This document shows, one piece after another, positions 1 through 12,720 of a DNA stretch of 64,000 nucleotides. The stretch's first letter is position 1. Every line of letters begins with the position of its first letter. The stretch lies in NCBI GenBank assembly GCA_964106645.2, contig OZ067044.1; one strand, 5' to 3'. This DNA is from Podarcis pityusensis (Eukaryota). Below the pieces are notes generated by a model. The model was not told where the DNA came from. It saw only the letters and a list, made by a program, of their open reading frames with translations, and ran no database searches. The position numbers and the translations under genes are program-made.

Positions 1-1140
1 ACTAAATATTTGCATTATTGGAATACTGTATTAAACACAGAAGCATGATAACTTCTGATTCACTTGTGGCAACACACCCCTGCACTTCCTATAAATCAAC
101 AGGATGGCATTTTAAGTGACTTTTTTTTAAAAAAAAAGGAAAGACTTATGAGAAACAAGGAGCCAAAAGGTTTTGTAAAAGGTGGTGAAGATCTACTCCA
201 TGCATTGGAAAGCTACACCAGTTGGTGTCTACCTTGGCTGTGAATTCTGGAAGATCTGCTCCCTAACTTGCAGGCCTTTTCCCACCTAGCCTGGGAGGGT
301 GGGGCCCTAACTGACTCCAGCTACAGAAGCTGATGAAGAGGCCAGAGGACTGCCTCTTGACTGCCTCTTAGTGCAAACCCAGGTCACTGAGCTCCCACAG
401 CCATCACCATGAACCACCATAGGCAAGATTGGCAGACTTAAGATAATATCTTTAGTCTCTTCCTAATTGTGCTGTTTTAAAGGTGCACTTTATATCTGAC
501 TTCCCCTTTTAATGTTAAGATATTTTGGGGGGCGGAGGGTTCACTTTGCTGTGTTAATGTGCATTCCAAATTTATCTCCTTTGCAATTTCAAAATCTTTA
601 ACTGCAAATAAAAACAATTAAAGCATTTAAAAGACAACAGTAGCAAACTAAAAATTCAAGCAGATAAGAGATCATACCTTAAAAGCCAGCTAAAGATGGA
701 TAAAGGCAGAGCTTAGCTCTGGGAAGGTAGGTAGATTCTCTTTTTCTACCTACCTGACATCACCTTATCTGATCTCACAGTCTGGGCAAATTAGGAACAT
801 AGCAATAGGAAAACTGGTATGCCCATCACATTTTGAAGCCTCAACAATCAAAGCACCATGCAGGGCTCTTTATAAACCTCAGGCAGAGATTCCTGGAATG
901 CACTTTGGAGTCCCACCAATCACACTTCAGAAGCCAGATGTGCAGCACTTTAGAAGCCCTGCCTATCACCTGATTGGCAGGGCTTCAGAAGCCCATTTTG
1001 GCCCAGCCTAGCCATGTTTTTAGCTGCTCGCATTGGACATCATATATGACATCACTGTTGTGCAGGTGGAATGTGGCTTGGACAAAATGGCCTTGTTGGT
1101 CTCATTAGGCTTGCAACCATTCCTAGTGCACACTGACCAC

Positions 1141-1240
1141 TAGGGTTTCAGACAGGAGTTTTCTTCTGTTGCAGATGCCAGGAATTGTATCTGGGACCTT
1201 TTGCATTCAAACCATGTGCTCTACTACAGAGCTACAACCC
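1141..1240 (-). mobile_element. Degenerate tRNA-derived SINE (Squam3-like)
   Basis: Reverse complement gggttgtagctctgtagtagagcacatggtttgaatgcaaaaggtcccagatacaattcctggcatctgc has a tRNA-like head with decayed A and B boxes. Confidence 0.65.
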
Positions 1241-1329
1241 TTTGTATGATAGCAGACACTTTCTGTGGCAATGCGGTTATAAGCCATTTAATACAATACT
1301 AGTCAATACAAGCACTTAAACATCAACCT

Positions 1330-2300
1330 CAGAAACAAATGGGCATCCAATACAGATGAAGATCGATCTATACAGTCTGATCTTTTAGTGCCATACAACA
1401 GCCTGGCAACATCAACTGAATTTTCCAGACTGTGTTTGAGGGCAGCCCATAGAAAGCATATTAACTCTGTGTGGAAGTGACAAGCCAGATCCACCTTCTC
1501 CAGGAAAGGCTGGTGATGAATTAGCTGAAGTTAGTAAAATACACTCATAGTGCCCACTCAAGTGACAGACTAAGAAGTACCCCGGGTTGCACAACCATTA
1601 CTTCAAGGGAGCACTTCTACCAGGAATTTAGCCCACTTAATTCTATATTATTCTGAATATGTTTCTGTTTGTCTACCTAGTCTCTCCTGAACCAACTTGT
1701 TTGTTAGCACTGGTTTGTTAGCAACACTTCCTCCCTGGGATTAGAAAATGAAAACAAGCAGACTAGTGATGACACTTCAACCTATACCTCCAGATGACTG
1801 ATCTCAGGGATTTTGTGCAGATGTTAAAAAGCATGGGAAAGAAGCTGGAACGCTGTTCCATGGGGTAAAACAGCAGTTTTCCAGCACCACATTGAGTCCC
1901 TCTTGGGAATAAGCAGAGCCACCTCCAGAAAATTCAACCATCACACCCCACATAAACCAATCCTCCAGCCAAGTACAAACTCTAGCCAAGGACAAACACC
2001 AAGAGCAATCAAGGCAGTTTCTGTTCCAAAACCTGATTGGAAAGGATCTTACTATCAGCCTGGACCAGAGATGTCACCACATACTTCAAACCTTTACCCA
2101 AAATGGTAGGTTTGATACTGGATGTGAGATGTTAGGATTGTTCAGATATAAATTTATTTGCCTAAACCCCCACAACTCACCCCCAAATGATCTGAAACAC
2201 AGCATATTTCAAGGCTGCAAGCAGCCTCAATCAGAGAGCCATTAACATATTTAGTGGTTGGCCTTCAAATAACCTGGTCCATAACCTCTGGATGAACAAG
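1330..2300 (-). mobile_element. Old, heavily decayed L2 LINE ORF2 relic
   Basis: Patches align to the young L2 at 3685-5347, e.g. agatgttaaaaagcatggga (~1820 vs ~4710) and caaggcagtttctgttcca...gattggaaaggatc (~2010-2050 vs ~4990-5040). Boundaries approximate. Confidence 0.6.
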
Positions 2301-3351
2301 TTTCAATTACCAGATGGACCTCAAGTTAAAACCATCTCTGATTCTAAGTGGTGTCTAAGTCAGAAACCATGAAAGTTATTTTATTTGTGCAATAGTTGGC
2401 AAACAGGTCCCAGCAGCTCTTCTTGCTGGCCATGATAAGAAAGACTTCTAACCACGTGGAATAGGTCTGCTGCACAACACTGAAGAGATGCATATTGGGA
2501 CTGTGACAGCAGCAATGTTGTTGATATTGTGGTGTTTATTATTAAATTAGTATACTGCCTGCCATTCGTAGATCTCAGGGCGGCTCACAATATGAAATTA
2601 CAAGATAAAAACACACAAAATACATTATAAAATGTATTGTTGCAGTCTATATGGGTCAGAGAGTGCCATCATTGAATTTCTGCATATCACATTATACATT
2701 TTCCCCCAGAGAATTTTGCCTGAAAATCTGGTTTGATGACAAAATGCCTTTGAGGAAGTAGGAAAAATGTGCACAAAAAAACTCTTTCAGAAATGTCTCA
2801 GAGTTGACATGTCAATGTACCCCCTAAAACAAGAGCTACAGTGTTAATCAAATCTATGATTTATACCAACTGAGAGTTAGTTCTGATAATTTATATAATA
2901 TTGAAAGATAAGTAATTTTGGAAATTTTTCACTACTAGACTCTCCTTTCATGCCAATGTGAACAAAAAACTTCATGCTGGATTCTCAAAATCATTTGTAT
3001 TTGCAAAACAGACACATTTGGCAAACTCAATGTGTCAATGCCCTTGAACCACCACATGACACAAGATTAACAGTACTATGAACAATTCCTATACCTTAGG
3101 TGTTCATATCTGTAAGAAGCTTGATTGATGTTGCTGCTTTGATTTGACACCGTGTTTAAATGTTTTCAAATTTTTGAATCTGGATTTGATAAGGCATTAA
3201 AATGCAGATATTTTTCGAAATGAAATGCTTAGTTATCATGTGAATACTATGTTCTAACTCCCCATTGTCCTGTAAATTCTGAAAACCTATAAAGTACATA
3301 TACCCCAACAGAAACACCATGACCACCACATCTACATCAGTATTGATAAGG

Positions 3352-3684
3352 TCATAAGAAGGGCCTGCTGAATCAGACCAATGGCTCATCTATGCACTGT
3401 CCTGTTATCACAGTGGCCAACCAAATGCCTTTATGAAACCTGCAAGCAGGACCCGAGCACAAGAACAGTCTTCCCCTACTCCCACTGTGGTTTACGGCAC
3501 TTGTACTCAGAAACTGTGCCACCTCCAACAGCATAAACATCATGGTTAGTAGCAATTAATAGCCTTACAGCCCATGAAATTATCCAATCCTCTTTTAAAG
3601 CCATCTAAGTTGGTGGTCATCACGGCCTCTTGTGGGAGCAAGATCCATAGTTTTACTATGTGCTGCATGAAGTAGTACTACCTC
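3352..3684 (-). mobile_element. CR1 LINE 3' end (left half of an element split by the L2 insertion)
   Basis: cataagaagggcctgctgaatcagacc...atccaatcctcttttaaagccatctaagttggtggtcatcac; colinear with the uninterrupted CR1 copy at 60470-61125. Confidence 0.8.
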
Positions 3685-3724
<40 letters not shown>

Positions 3725-5347
3725 TTATTATTTGTACCCCGCCCATCTGGCTGGGTTTCCCCAGCCACTCTGGGCGGCTTCCATAGAAACCAAAAAACAC
3801 TAAAATATCACACATTAAAAACTTCCCTGAACAGGGCTGCCTTAAGATGTCTTCTGAATGTCAGGTAGTTGTTTATCGCTTTGACATCTGATGGGAGGGC
3901 GTTCCACAGGGCGGGCGCCACTACCGAGGAGACCCTCTGCCTGGTTCCCTGTAGCTTTGCTTCTCGCAATGAGGGAACAGCCAGAAGGCCCTCGGCGCTG
4001 GACCCCAGCGTCCGGGCAGAACGATGGGGATGGAGACGCTCCTTCAGGTATACTGGGCCGAGGCCGTTTAGGGCTTTAAAGGTCAACACCAGCACTTTGA
4101 ATTGTGCTCGGAAACGTACTGGGAGCCAATGTAGGACTTTCAAGACCAGCGTTATATGGTCTCGGCGGCCGCTCCCAGTCACCAGTCTGGCTCGCGCATT
4201 CTGGATTAGTTGTAGTTTCTGAGTCACCTTCAAAGGTAGCCCCACGTAGAGCGCATTGCAGTAGTCCAAGCGGGAGATAACTAGAGCATGCACCACTCTG
4301 GCGAGACAGTCCGCGGGCAGGTAGGGTCTCAGCCTGCGTACCAGGTGGAGTTGGTAGACAGCTGCCCTGGATACAGAATTGACCTGAGCCTCCATGGACA
4401 GCTGTGAGTCCAAAATGACTCCCAGGCTGCGCACCTGGTCCTTCAGGGGCACAGTTACCCCATTCAGGACCAGGGAGTCCTCCACACCAGCCCGCCCCCT
4501 GTCCCCCCAAAACAGTACTTCTGTCTTGTCAGGATTCAACTTCAATCCATTAGCCGCCATCCATCCTCCAACCGCCTCCAGGCACTCACACAGGACCTTC
4601 ATCGCCTTCACTGGTTCTGATTTGAAAGAGAGGTAGAGCTGGGTATCATCTGCATATTGATGGACACCCAGTCCAAACCCCCTGATGATCTCTCCCAGCA
4701 GCTTCATATAGATGTTAAAAAGCATGGGGGAGAGGACGGAACCCTGAGGCACCCCACAAGTGAGGGCCCAGGGGTCTGAACACTCATCCCCCACCACCAC
4801 TTTCTGAACACAGCCCAGGAGGAAGGAGCGAAACCACTGTATAACAGTGCCCCCAGCTCCCAGCCCCTCTAGACGGTCCAGAAGGATGTTATGGTCAATT
4901 GTATCAAAGGCCGCTGAGAGAGATCCAGCAGAACTAGGAAACAACTCTCACCTTTGTCCCTAGCTCGCCGGAGATCATCAACCAGTGCGACCAAGGCAGT
5001 TTCAGTCCCATGATGAGGCCTGAATCCCGATTGGAAGGGATCCAAATGGTCCGCGTCCTCCAGGCGTGCCTGGAGTTGTTCAGCAACCACTTGCTCAATC
5101 ACCTTGCCCAAGAATGGAAGATTTGAGACTGGGCGATAGTTGGCCATACTGGCAGGGTCTAAAGATGGTTTTTTAAGAAGCGGTTTAATGACCGCCTCTT
5201 TCAGCGGATCTGGGAATGTTCCCACACAGATGGAAGCATTCACCACCCCGCAGAGCCCATCGCCCAGCCCTTCCCGGCTTGCTTTTATTAGCCAGGATGG
5301 GCAAGGATCAAGGAGACAGGTGGTTGGTTTCACGCGTCCAAGCAGCG
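3685..5347 (-). mobile_element. Young 5'-truncated L2-clade LINE with (TTA)n tail
   Basis: Reverse transcriptase ORF; 3' end ccagatgggcggggtacaaataataaa followed by (TTA)n, seen as (TAA)n at 3685-3723; many CpGs retained. Confidence 0.92.
3808..5333 (-). pseudogene. L2 ORF2 reverse transcriptase fragment with one frameshift
   Basis: ORFs 4869-5333 (NYRPVSNLPFLGK, FQSGFRPHHGTETAL, LLDLS) and 3808-4944 (AAFDTIDH, GVPQGSVLSP, YADD, SRLDYCNALY) join if one GA is removed from the GAGAGAGA run at 4916-4923. Confidence 0.9.
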
Positions 5348-6170
5348 TTTGTTATGAATCTTCCAATATTCAGCTTCAATGGATGTCTACAAGTTCTATT
5401 GTTATGAGAGAGAAAGAAAATAATTCCTCTATCCACTTTCTCAATGCATAATTTCATAAACTTTAACAACTCTACAATATTCTTTTTAAAGTGAGACAAC
5501 CAGAACTGTACACAGTATAATGGCACTATATTAAGAGTTTTATTTTCAATTTATTTTTTAATGATTCCTAGCATGGAATTTGCCTTTTTCACAACTGCCA
5601 CACACTGAGTTGACATCTTCACTGAGCTTTCCGTTATGGCTCCAATATTTCATTCTAGGTCAGTCACCTCCAGTTCAGCTTCCAAAAGCATACAAGTGAA
5701 ATTAATACATTTTGCCCCAACATGCATCACTTTATACTTGTTACCTTGAATTGCACCTGCCATTCTATTGCCCATTCAAGAAGTTTGGCGAGATCCTTTT
5801 AGAACTCTTCAAAATCACTTATTCTTTTAATGACCCAGAACAATAGTATCATCAGAAAACCTGGTCACCTCACTGCTCACCGCTAACTCTAAATTGTTTA
5901 TGAACACATTAAAAAGCACAGGTCCCACTATCAATCCTTGGGGGATTCTACTTTCTACTTTGTGAAAAGCTTTTTGGAAGTCCAAGTATACTATGTTAAC
6001 TGGATCACTTCTATCTATATGCTTGTTGACATTATTAAAAAGCTAATAGGTTTATGAGACATGACTTGCCCTTGCAGAAGCTTCAGCAAGACTTGTTATT
6101 CTTTGTTATCTTATTCTTGTTTGTTATCTTATCCTTCGCAATACTTTCCACCTGTTTTTCTGGGATCACA
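5348..6170 (-). mobile_element. CR1 LINE continuation (decayed ORF2 C-terminal region)
   Basis: Resumes gaatcttccaatattcagcttc...gagagaaagaaaataattcctctatccact, matching 60810-60890; contains ccagaactgtacacagta. Right boundary approximate. Confidence 0.8.
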
Positions 6171-6237
6171 AATACAAATACAGTATACCAAAGCATAGAC
6201 CTGCTACCTCTACCACATTGGGATGTCCAGTACACTA

Positions 6238-6479
6238 CAGTGGTACCTTGGTTTGCATATGTCTTGGTTTGCATACGTTTTGGATTACAAACATGTCAAA
6301 CGCAGAAGTGTGTGTCCCAGTTTGCAACTTTTTTTTTGGTTTACAACCCATTTCTTTGGGATTACGAACAATTCTTTTTGGGAGGCCCCATTGGCGAAAG
6401 CGCGCCTTGGGTTACAACCTGTTTTGGTTAACAAATGGACCTCCGGAACGGATTATGGTCATAAACCAAGGTACCACTG
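6238..6479. mobile_element. Tc1/mariner (Tigger-like) non-autonomous MITE
   Basis: Perfect 17-bp TIRs CAGTGGTACCTTGGTTT / AAACCAAGGTACCACTG, flanked by TA on both sides (6236-6237, 6480-6481). Confidence 0.9.
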
Positions 6480-8525
6480 TACTACTTTTAGAACTGATAT
6501 TCATTCATACTATTGTTTACCCACAGTTTGTTTCCTTCTATATAGCTAAATTGATAAGTGTTTACTTCTACAGGGTGATTCCCATAGTAGATGGCCCATC
6601 AGTACATGTTTCATCATAATACATGCATCAGGAAACAAATCTTTAGTTCCATTTTTGACATGTGTATTGGTAATAAAAATTACTTAAGTTAAGAATTAAA
6701 TCTAAGAAAAAGAAGATAAGCTTTTCTAGCACAGTACTGCACAAGAACACACTAGTGTTCTTTCAAGGTTTCAGCACCTTAGCAAGATAAATTTAGATCA
6801 GTACTGACGTTCTCATATGAGAGGTACCAGTACCTGTGCTATGAATATGATACACTCAGCCATGGAAACTTTTTGCCCACATTCCAGATTTGTTATGACT
6901 ATTCAGTGATGCAGGAAAACCATTTCAAAATTATTATTTCAAATGTCTGAGGTTTGAGCTCTGCAAATTAAATTTCCAGAACTAAAGGCAGGTAAGCCCT
7001 GTCTTCCATTAAGCCCCTGTTAAAATTAGAAAGGGGGTGGGGAGGAAATCCCCTAGATAAATAACAAATATTTCTATACCTGATTGAAAGTGCTAGCTCT
7101 ATTTTTTTTTATCATGGAGCAAGAGACAGGGGCATCTGTGTCTGGAAAGAGTGGCAGGAGCAAGTACTTTCAGCTAGAAAAAAATAGCTGTTGCCATTTC
7201 ATTTCTCAAATGTTAGAAGTTAGATGCATAATATTAGCAACACTTCATATCCAAACAAAAATGCGTAAAAACAGATATAAAACAGAGAACAAATTAACTG
7301 TATTTTAGCTGGGGTCACTGGAATGCTCTGCCTCTTAATCTATATCCCTTAGAACCAATGCAGTACACAGACTAGGTCTAGTATGTTCTCTGTGTGGTGA
7401 ATTTGGTATTTTAACAAGTTTCCTGTGAAGGGAGTGAGCCAAAGTTAAACCTTTGCACAACTAGCTGTTGCCAAAACAGCAGCAGTTTAAAGGGGTATGG
7501 TCTGATTTATGTGACACTTGTACCGTTCATTGAACTGAGAATGCATTATTTAATAAGGAGATTTGGAGAAGTATAAATAAGGGTTTTCTACATGTATATC
7601 ACCTCTGCATCTTAAAGACAGTTGATAAGACAACTGCTGGTGGCTATTTGCATAGATCTAAATTACTGTGTATCAAACACTTATGTCTGCTTTATGTTCC
7701 ACATGTGGAAGCTACCCAAAATGCCTCCATGTTATCATGTTTAATTAACATTGTGGGGCATAAATGCTAGTATTCGGCTTAATGTGACTATGCCCGATTT
7801 ATGTTTAAGTCAAAAATTATGGCTCAAAAAGCCACCATATGCACAAATGATGTGCACTTGCTTGCATTTCCTTTCCTGCCACTTTGCCCCACCCATCTAA
7901 TATGTGAGAAAAGAAACCAGGATTCAGCACTATGATTAAGGCTCCAAAACAAGCCGGGATATGGTGTAAAGCTGTCTTAACAATTTGGATTTATTTTTTA
8001 AGCCAGGGTTCACACATTATGGAAATGTATGGTTAATTCCTGAATCCTGGTTAAGTTTGCCACATGTGAAAGGTGAAGAAAAGTATCTGGAAAGGGGCTA
8101 TCTGCAGGTGCAAGTTGTTTGTCACTGAGCCAAGAGATTTGGTTTCGTTTCATGTGAGAATGCTGCCACTGTGATTTAGTTCCGTAGTGAAGAATGTGTC
8201 ACATGAACATCGGTTGTTACCAAAACTGTGCAGCACTGGGATGAGCAAATTCCATGTCATTGATTGATTCTTGAGGTGACCAGAATATTATGCTGCAGTG
8301 CCTGGTCCATGCTCACATGAGGGTTTAATATATGAAGTAGGTCTCATATGGAACACAATGCTCGTGTAAGATCATCCCTGTTACCTATTTTTCTATGACA
8401 AATTATTTCTCATCCTATGTCTAATATGACTACTTATCAAACTTTTCTACATTTTTGCACAAGTACTGAAACAGAAAACTGATGCTTTTAAGTCCAAGGC
8501 AGCACTGAATTAAAAATAAGCATTT

Positions 8526-8616
8526 AAGGCTGCAGTCCTATGCATGCCTAGCAAAGTACAAGTTCTACTTAATACAGTGGGTTTTATGAGTGAACGTGTA
8601 TGAGGGAGCGCTGTAA
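8526..8616. repeat. Short (~90 bp) palindromic MITE-like repeat, GGCTGCAATCC family
   Basis: taaggctgcagtcctatgc...gcgctgtaa, similar to the copies at 30928-31022 and 55023-55118. Confidence 0.55.
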
Positions 8617-10917
8617 AAGTAGAATAGTCAGAGGTAGGGATTCGCAACATTTTTTTAAAAAAAGCTATGAAAAAGGTTATGTTAATAAGTGTGGAAATTC
8701 AGTACATTGTGTGCACAAATAAAAAAAGGACTAAAAAACCCTATAAGCATGCTGGTTCATTATTTATACTGAATTTGATTTAAAATGTATAATTTAGAAC
8801 TTCTGACATATTAGTCAAATCCAAAATAATTCTAAAATTATAAAAGCTAGTACAGTAGTATTTCTAATTAGAGTAGAATTAAATGATAACTTTTATTACA
8901 ATAATGAAGGTGAATTTCCATTGCTTCCTGTGTTTACTACTTTGTTAAACAGTGTTCCCCTTAGCCATGTCAGAAACATATTACATTTTCAATGCAAATG
9001 TATTAATCTGGGTAAATTCCGTATTAATTCTTACACTACGTTGAGATGTAATTTGGATTATAATTAATCTAAAGTGGCACTAGATTTAAATGACAATATA
9101 AATGAGGCATTAGGAGGCTCTTGCCTTCTGAATGAATATTCAGCAAACATAGCTTGATTATTGCCAAGTCTCCATTTGAAAGCCTCAGTTTGAGATAAGG
9201 AAGGCAAGGCAGAACAACAGTTTACAGAACTGTTTGGGCACTAAACATGTTAATCCTTCCTTTTCTAATAGATTTGATGCTAAAGAGTGGTGATAGTATT
9301 TTTCTGTCTAACTTGTTAAAGCTGTGATTAACATATTGGTTTTCCTGGGACTTCTTTGGCAAGATTTCCAACACTTAATTCAGGAGAAGAAAGCCTAAAT
9401 TAACATTCAATTATACATAAGCAGTTATGTGGTCATTATGCATAGTAGTTAGCTGTGGTGGGAATTAAGCCTTTTGAATGAATGCCTGATAATGCAGAAT
9501 TAGATTAGAGAGGTCTATCAAAGAATTCAAAAGGTGAGATTGAGAATTTGAAATACGAACGATTTTCAAGCTAAAACTATCTTACACAGTTTTTTGGTTG
9601 CCGTTCTTCAGCAAACACTCGAACATTGGTTGGTCCAAATTAAACCTGGTCCATCCAAAAGTATAATTCTCACGGAATCTTAGAAATTTCCCCACACTCT
9701 TTCTACTGACAACCCCCATTTTTGCCTATTAGCCCATTAACGTCATGGCTTATTCTAAGTTCTGAGGTCTTTACAGTAGATAAACTAGGTGCATACGATC
9801 TCTGAAAGATATTACAATGCTTTTTTGATGAAGCACATAGAAAATGTTTCACAAGTGGCTTAGCCTATTTTTTCCATGACTCTTCCGTGTGGACTTAGTA
9901 ATGAGCCTGAGCAGAAAGTTCTTCTGTCCATTACCTCTCTCAGAGAATGTATTTCAAGCAAGGGATAAGCCTACTTAAAAAGAAGCCTACAAACATAGAG
10001 TCGCTATAGACAGGTCTTCTTCAGTCCCTGGATTTCAAAAGCTAAATAAACTCAGTGTAATGTAGGCTTCTCAATGGTAATAGAGATTGGCAATAACATT
10101 TTGAAAACCAAATGCAAGATGAGATTTATTCCTTAAATAAATATGGCATAAAGACCCATCAGTATCTTCACTATGTTTTAAACAATATTTTAGGAATACC
10201 TTAAGAAATATCGGCCAATTCAGTTTTTACTAAACTTGCATGTAAAATGGTATTTTCTGTATAACTAAACGTCTTTATGGTGAATACAAGCACTTTTATA
10301 TGCTGCTGTCATTGGAATACAAGGGAAAGATATATGACTACCTGAAACTAATAGGCTTCAACCTGTTTCAGCACTTCTTCTGCTTCAATGAATCCAGCAT
10401 AATGTAACTAGGAATAGCGTGCAGCAGAAGTAGCCAATGTAATATTCATTGTGACCATAGATTTCCATCTCATACATAAAAAGCATGGATGAAGTCACAT
10501 ATTTGCCAAATCAAACACAGAAAAAGCCTTGTGTATCCATGCCAGATGCTGGCCTTGGGTTTGTTTGTGCACAAGTAAATGTCATGACATAAGAGTTTTG
10601 TTTTCAAAGACAGTAGCTTTCATTACTGGGCTTTGTATATTCCCAGAGATCAATATTACCCAACTCATAATCCGTTTTCAATGATATTTCCTCTTTCTTA
10701 GGCTGAATCATCTGTAAACTTTTTCACTGGATTTTCTGTATTCCCCCTCCCCCCAATTAAATACTAGATAAATGCCCAGGAAGAAGGAAGATTCCTGAAT
10801 CTAAGTGATCATATATCAAGAACAGGAGCTGGGGTGGGAGAAGAAGCTTTCCTACATTCTTAGGGCTGCAAGGCAAACAAAATTTGAAAGCAGGAAAAAT
10901 TTTCAAGTGGTATCTAA

Positions 10918-11153
10918 NNNNNNNNNNNNNNNNNNNNNNNNNNNNNNNNNNNNNNNNNNNNNNNNNNNNNNNNNNNNNNNNNNNNNNNNNNNNNNNNNNN
11001 NNNNNNNNNNNNNNNNNNNNNNNNNNNNNNNNNNNNNNNNNNNNNNNNNNNNNNNNNNNNNNNNNNNNNNNNNNNNNNNNNNNNNNNNNNNNNNNNNNNN
11101 NNNNNNNNNNNNNNNNNNNNNNNNNNNNNNNNNNNNNNNNNNNNNNNNNNNNN
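10918..11153. other. N-run 1 (236 nt)
   Basis: Direct count. Confidence 0.99.
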
Positions 11154-11239
11154 GATAATAACAGGAATGTCCAGACGGTTTTAAATGAAAGACTATTTAA
11201 TAAGAGTTTTTAAAGAGTGACAAAATTCTAGCATCTTAC

Positions 11240-11362
11240 CAGAGTCTTTACTAGCTTTTTTGCCTTCACTATTATTTCTCTCTTTCTCACACGTGTCTTT
11301 ATCATCAGCAACAGACACTGATGAGCTTTTAGCAGACCCTTCTGCATCTTCAACTTGTTCTT
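11240..11362 (-). CDS. ZFHX4: Internal coding exon of zinc finger homeobox protein 4 (acidic/basic linker exon)
   Basis: Minus strand: polypyrimidine tract and acceptor cttcttttaattttttgtgctcattcgcag|AAGAACAAG, donor GACTCTG|gtaaga. 123 nt, open, phase 1/1. Peptide EEQVEDAEGSAKSSSVSVADDKDTCEKERNNSEGKKASKDS(G) resembles recalled human ZFHX4 EEQSEEAEGAIKPTAVAEDDEKDTSERDNSEGKNSNKDSG. Confidence 0.85.
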
Positions 11363-11955
11363 CTGCGAATGAGCACAAAAAATTAAAAGAAGCTAACTTA
11401 GGGACCATTCAACATTAATTGTAAACATGTTCTTTAATTAGATCTGCACTAAATTTATATATTTATCTCAGAAAGGAATAAGTGAAAAGAATAGCACCTT
11501 AAAAGAGATCCGGTATTAATGATTAATCATTTGCAAAATTTCAGATTCAGTCCAGAAATTGCAAACATTTCGTTATCAGAACACACAGCGCTAGCTAGTG
11601 TGACAAATCAGATGTTTCATATTTGCTATTCACTGGTTGTAAGTGATTTGTCTCAATACAAACATAAACGTAAACACAAGTCGGGTCTGAACAAAGAAGG
11701 CACATGCAGCAATTTATCTGAAAGCAAAGAAAAGCTTTCAAAAGTAAAATATATCCTATTAGAATCTGTACATCCTGCTAATTGCAATACGTAAGTGCTG
11801 TGTTGAATCTAAACATTGAGAACTCTCAGTTTTCATCTCCAGGAGGAGCCATTCAAGGTAAATGACACAACTTGGTATATTACTTCTAAGGAAGCAGCAA
11901 TACCCACACCTCACTTACATGTTCACACCAGCTAGATTACATGAAAATCTTCACA

Positions 11956-12087
11956 NNNNNNNNNNNNNNNNNNNNNNNNNNNNNNNNNNNNNNNNNNNNN
12001 NNNNNNNNNNNNNNNNNNNNNNNNNNNNNNNNNNNNNNNNNNNNNNNNNNNNNNNNNNNNNNNNNNNNNNNNNNNNNNNNNNNNNNN
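11956..12087. other. N-run 2 (132 nt)
   Basis: Direct count. Confidence 0.99.
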
Positions 12088-12249
12088 ATCTTGTGATCAT
12101 TTGTCTCTGACTGTGCTGATGTCACATTTTAATGAATTTTAGAAATCTGAGTAATACCAGATAACCAGACTTGCAACTCCCTACAGCACAGCATGCTGTT
12201 TTCATTGCAATACAAACAAAAAAAGAAAGAAAGTCATATTTTGCAGTTC

Positions 12250-12720
12250 AGGTAGGAATTATACAAATTAGGAGGGGAAGGTAAAATGGGATTCAAAACA
12301 CCAGGCTGCTCAATTTCATAAAATCTTTAATGACCATATAAATTAACCCTGGAAAGGCAAAAGGTCACAGACATACATTTGCATACACTCCTCTATTCAC
12401 TTTTGATAAGCAGAGCTTTTACGCAGGGAACATGATACAATTAACCCTTCAGGAACCGTACAAAATGCAGCTACCGACATTTTAAGTGTCAAGCATTAAC
12501 TGAAAATTACACACTGCATAAAATTTTCATTGTAAATGCTATAGTGATTGAAAGGGGAAATCGTGGCCCCTTCCGCACCCCATGTTTTATTAATAACATT
12601 CTGACAGCAGAATGAAATATCCCCTGTCATATGGAGCAGCTGAGCACAGAAAAATTGCTACTTAGTGCCTTACTTGCCAACTCTGCAGTGGAGCTGCATG
12701 CACGGATAAACAATTGGAAT
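12250..12720. promoter_or_regulatory. Putative conserved non-coding element
   Basis: Unique, transposon-free sequence next to N-run 2, with TAAT/ATTA, AAAGGTCA, CATTGT and TGACAG/CTGTCA motifs. Conservation is inferred, not measured. Confidence 0.4.

Noticed and set aside
953-986. Hairpin GAAGCCCTGCC-tatcacctgatt-GGCAGGGCTTC as a structured RNA
   Set aside because: Too short for a pre-miRNA and embedded in what looks like a decayed DNA-transposon relic.
3095-3286. Exon-like segment on the minus strand (tttatag|GTTTTC...CCTAAG|gtatag)
   Set aside because: Stops in all three frames, no resemblance to the expected next ZFHX4 exon and a mediocre donor. A poison exon cannot be excluded but is unsupported.
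3808-4944. 378-aa reverse transcriptase ORF as a domesticated gene or retron-like system
   Set aside because: It is a 5'-truncated, frameshifted L2 copy with its own tail, lacks the endonuclease domain, and a sister fragment lies at 41472-41846.
11240-11362. Assignment to the paralogues ZFHX3 or ZFHX2
   Set aside because: The DKDT..ER.NSEGK...KDSG pattern matches my recollection of ZFHX4 specifically; BLASTP would confirm.
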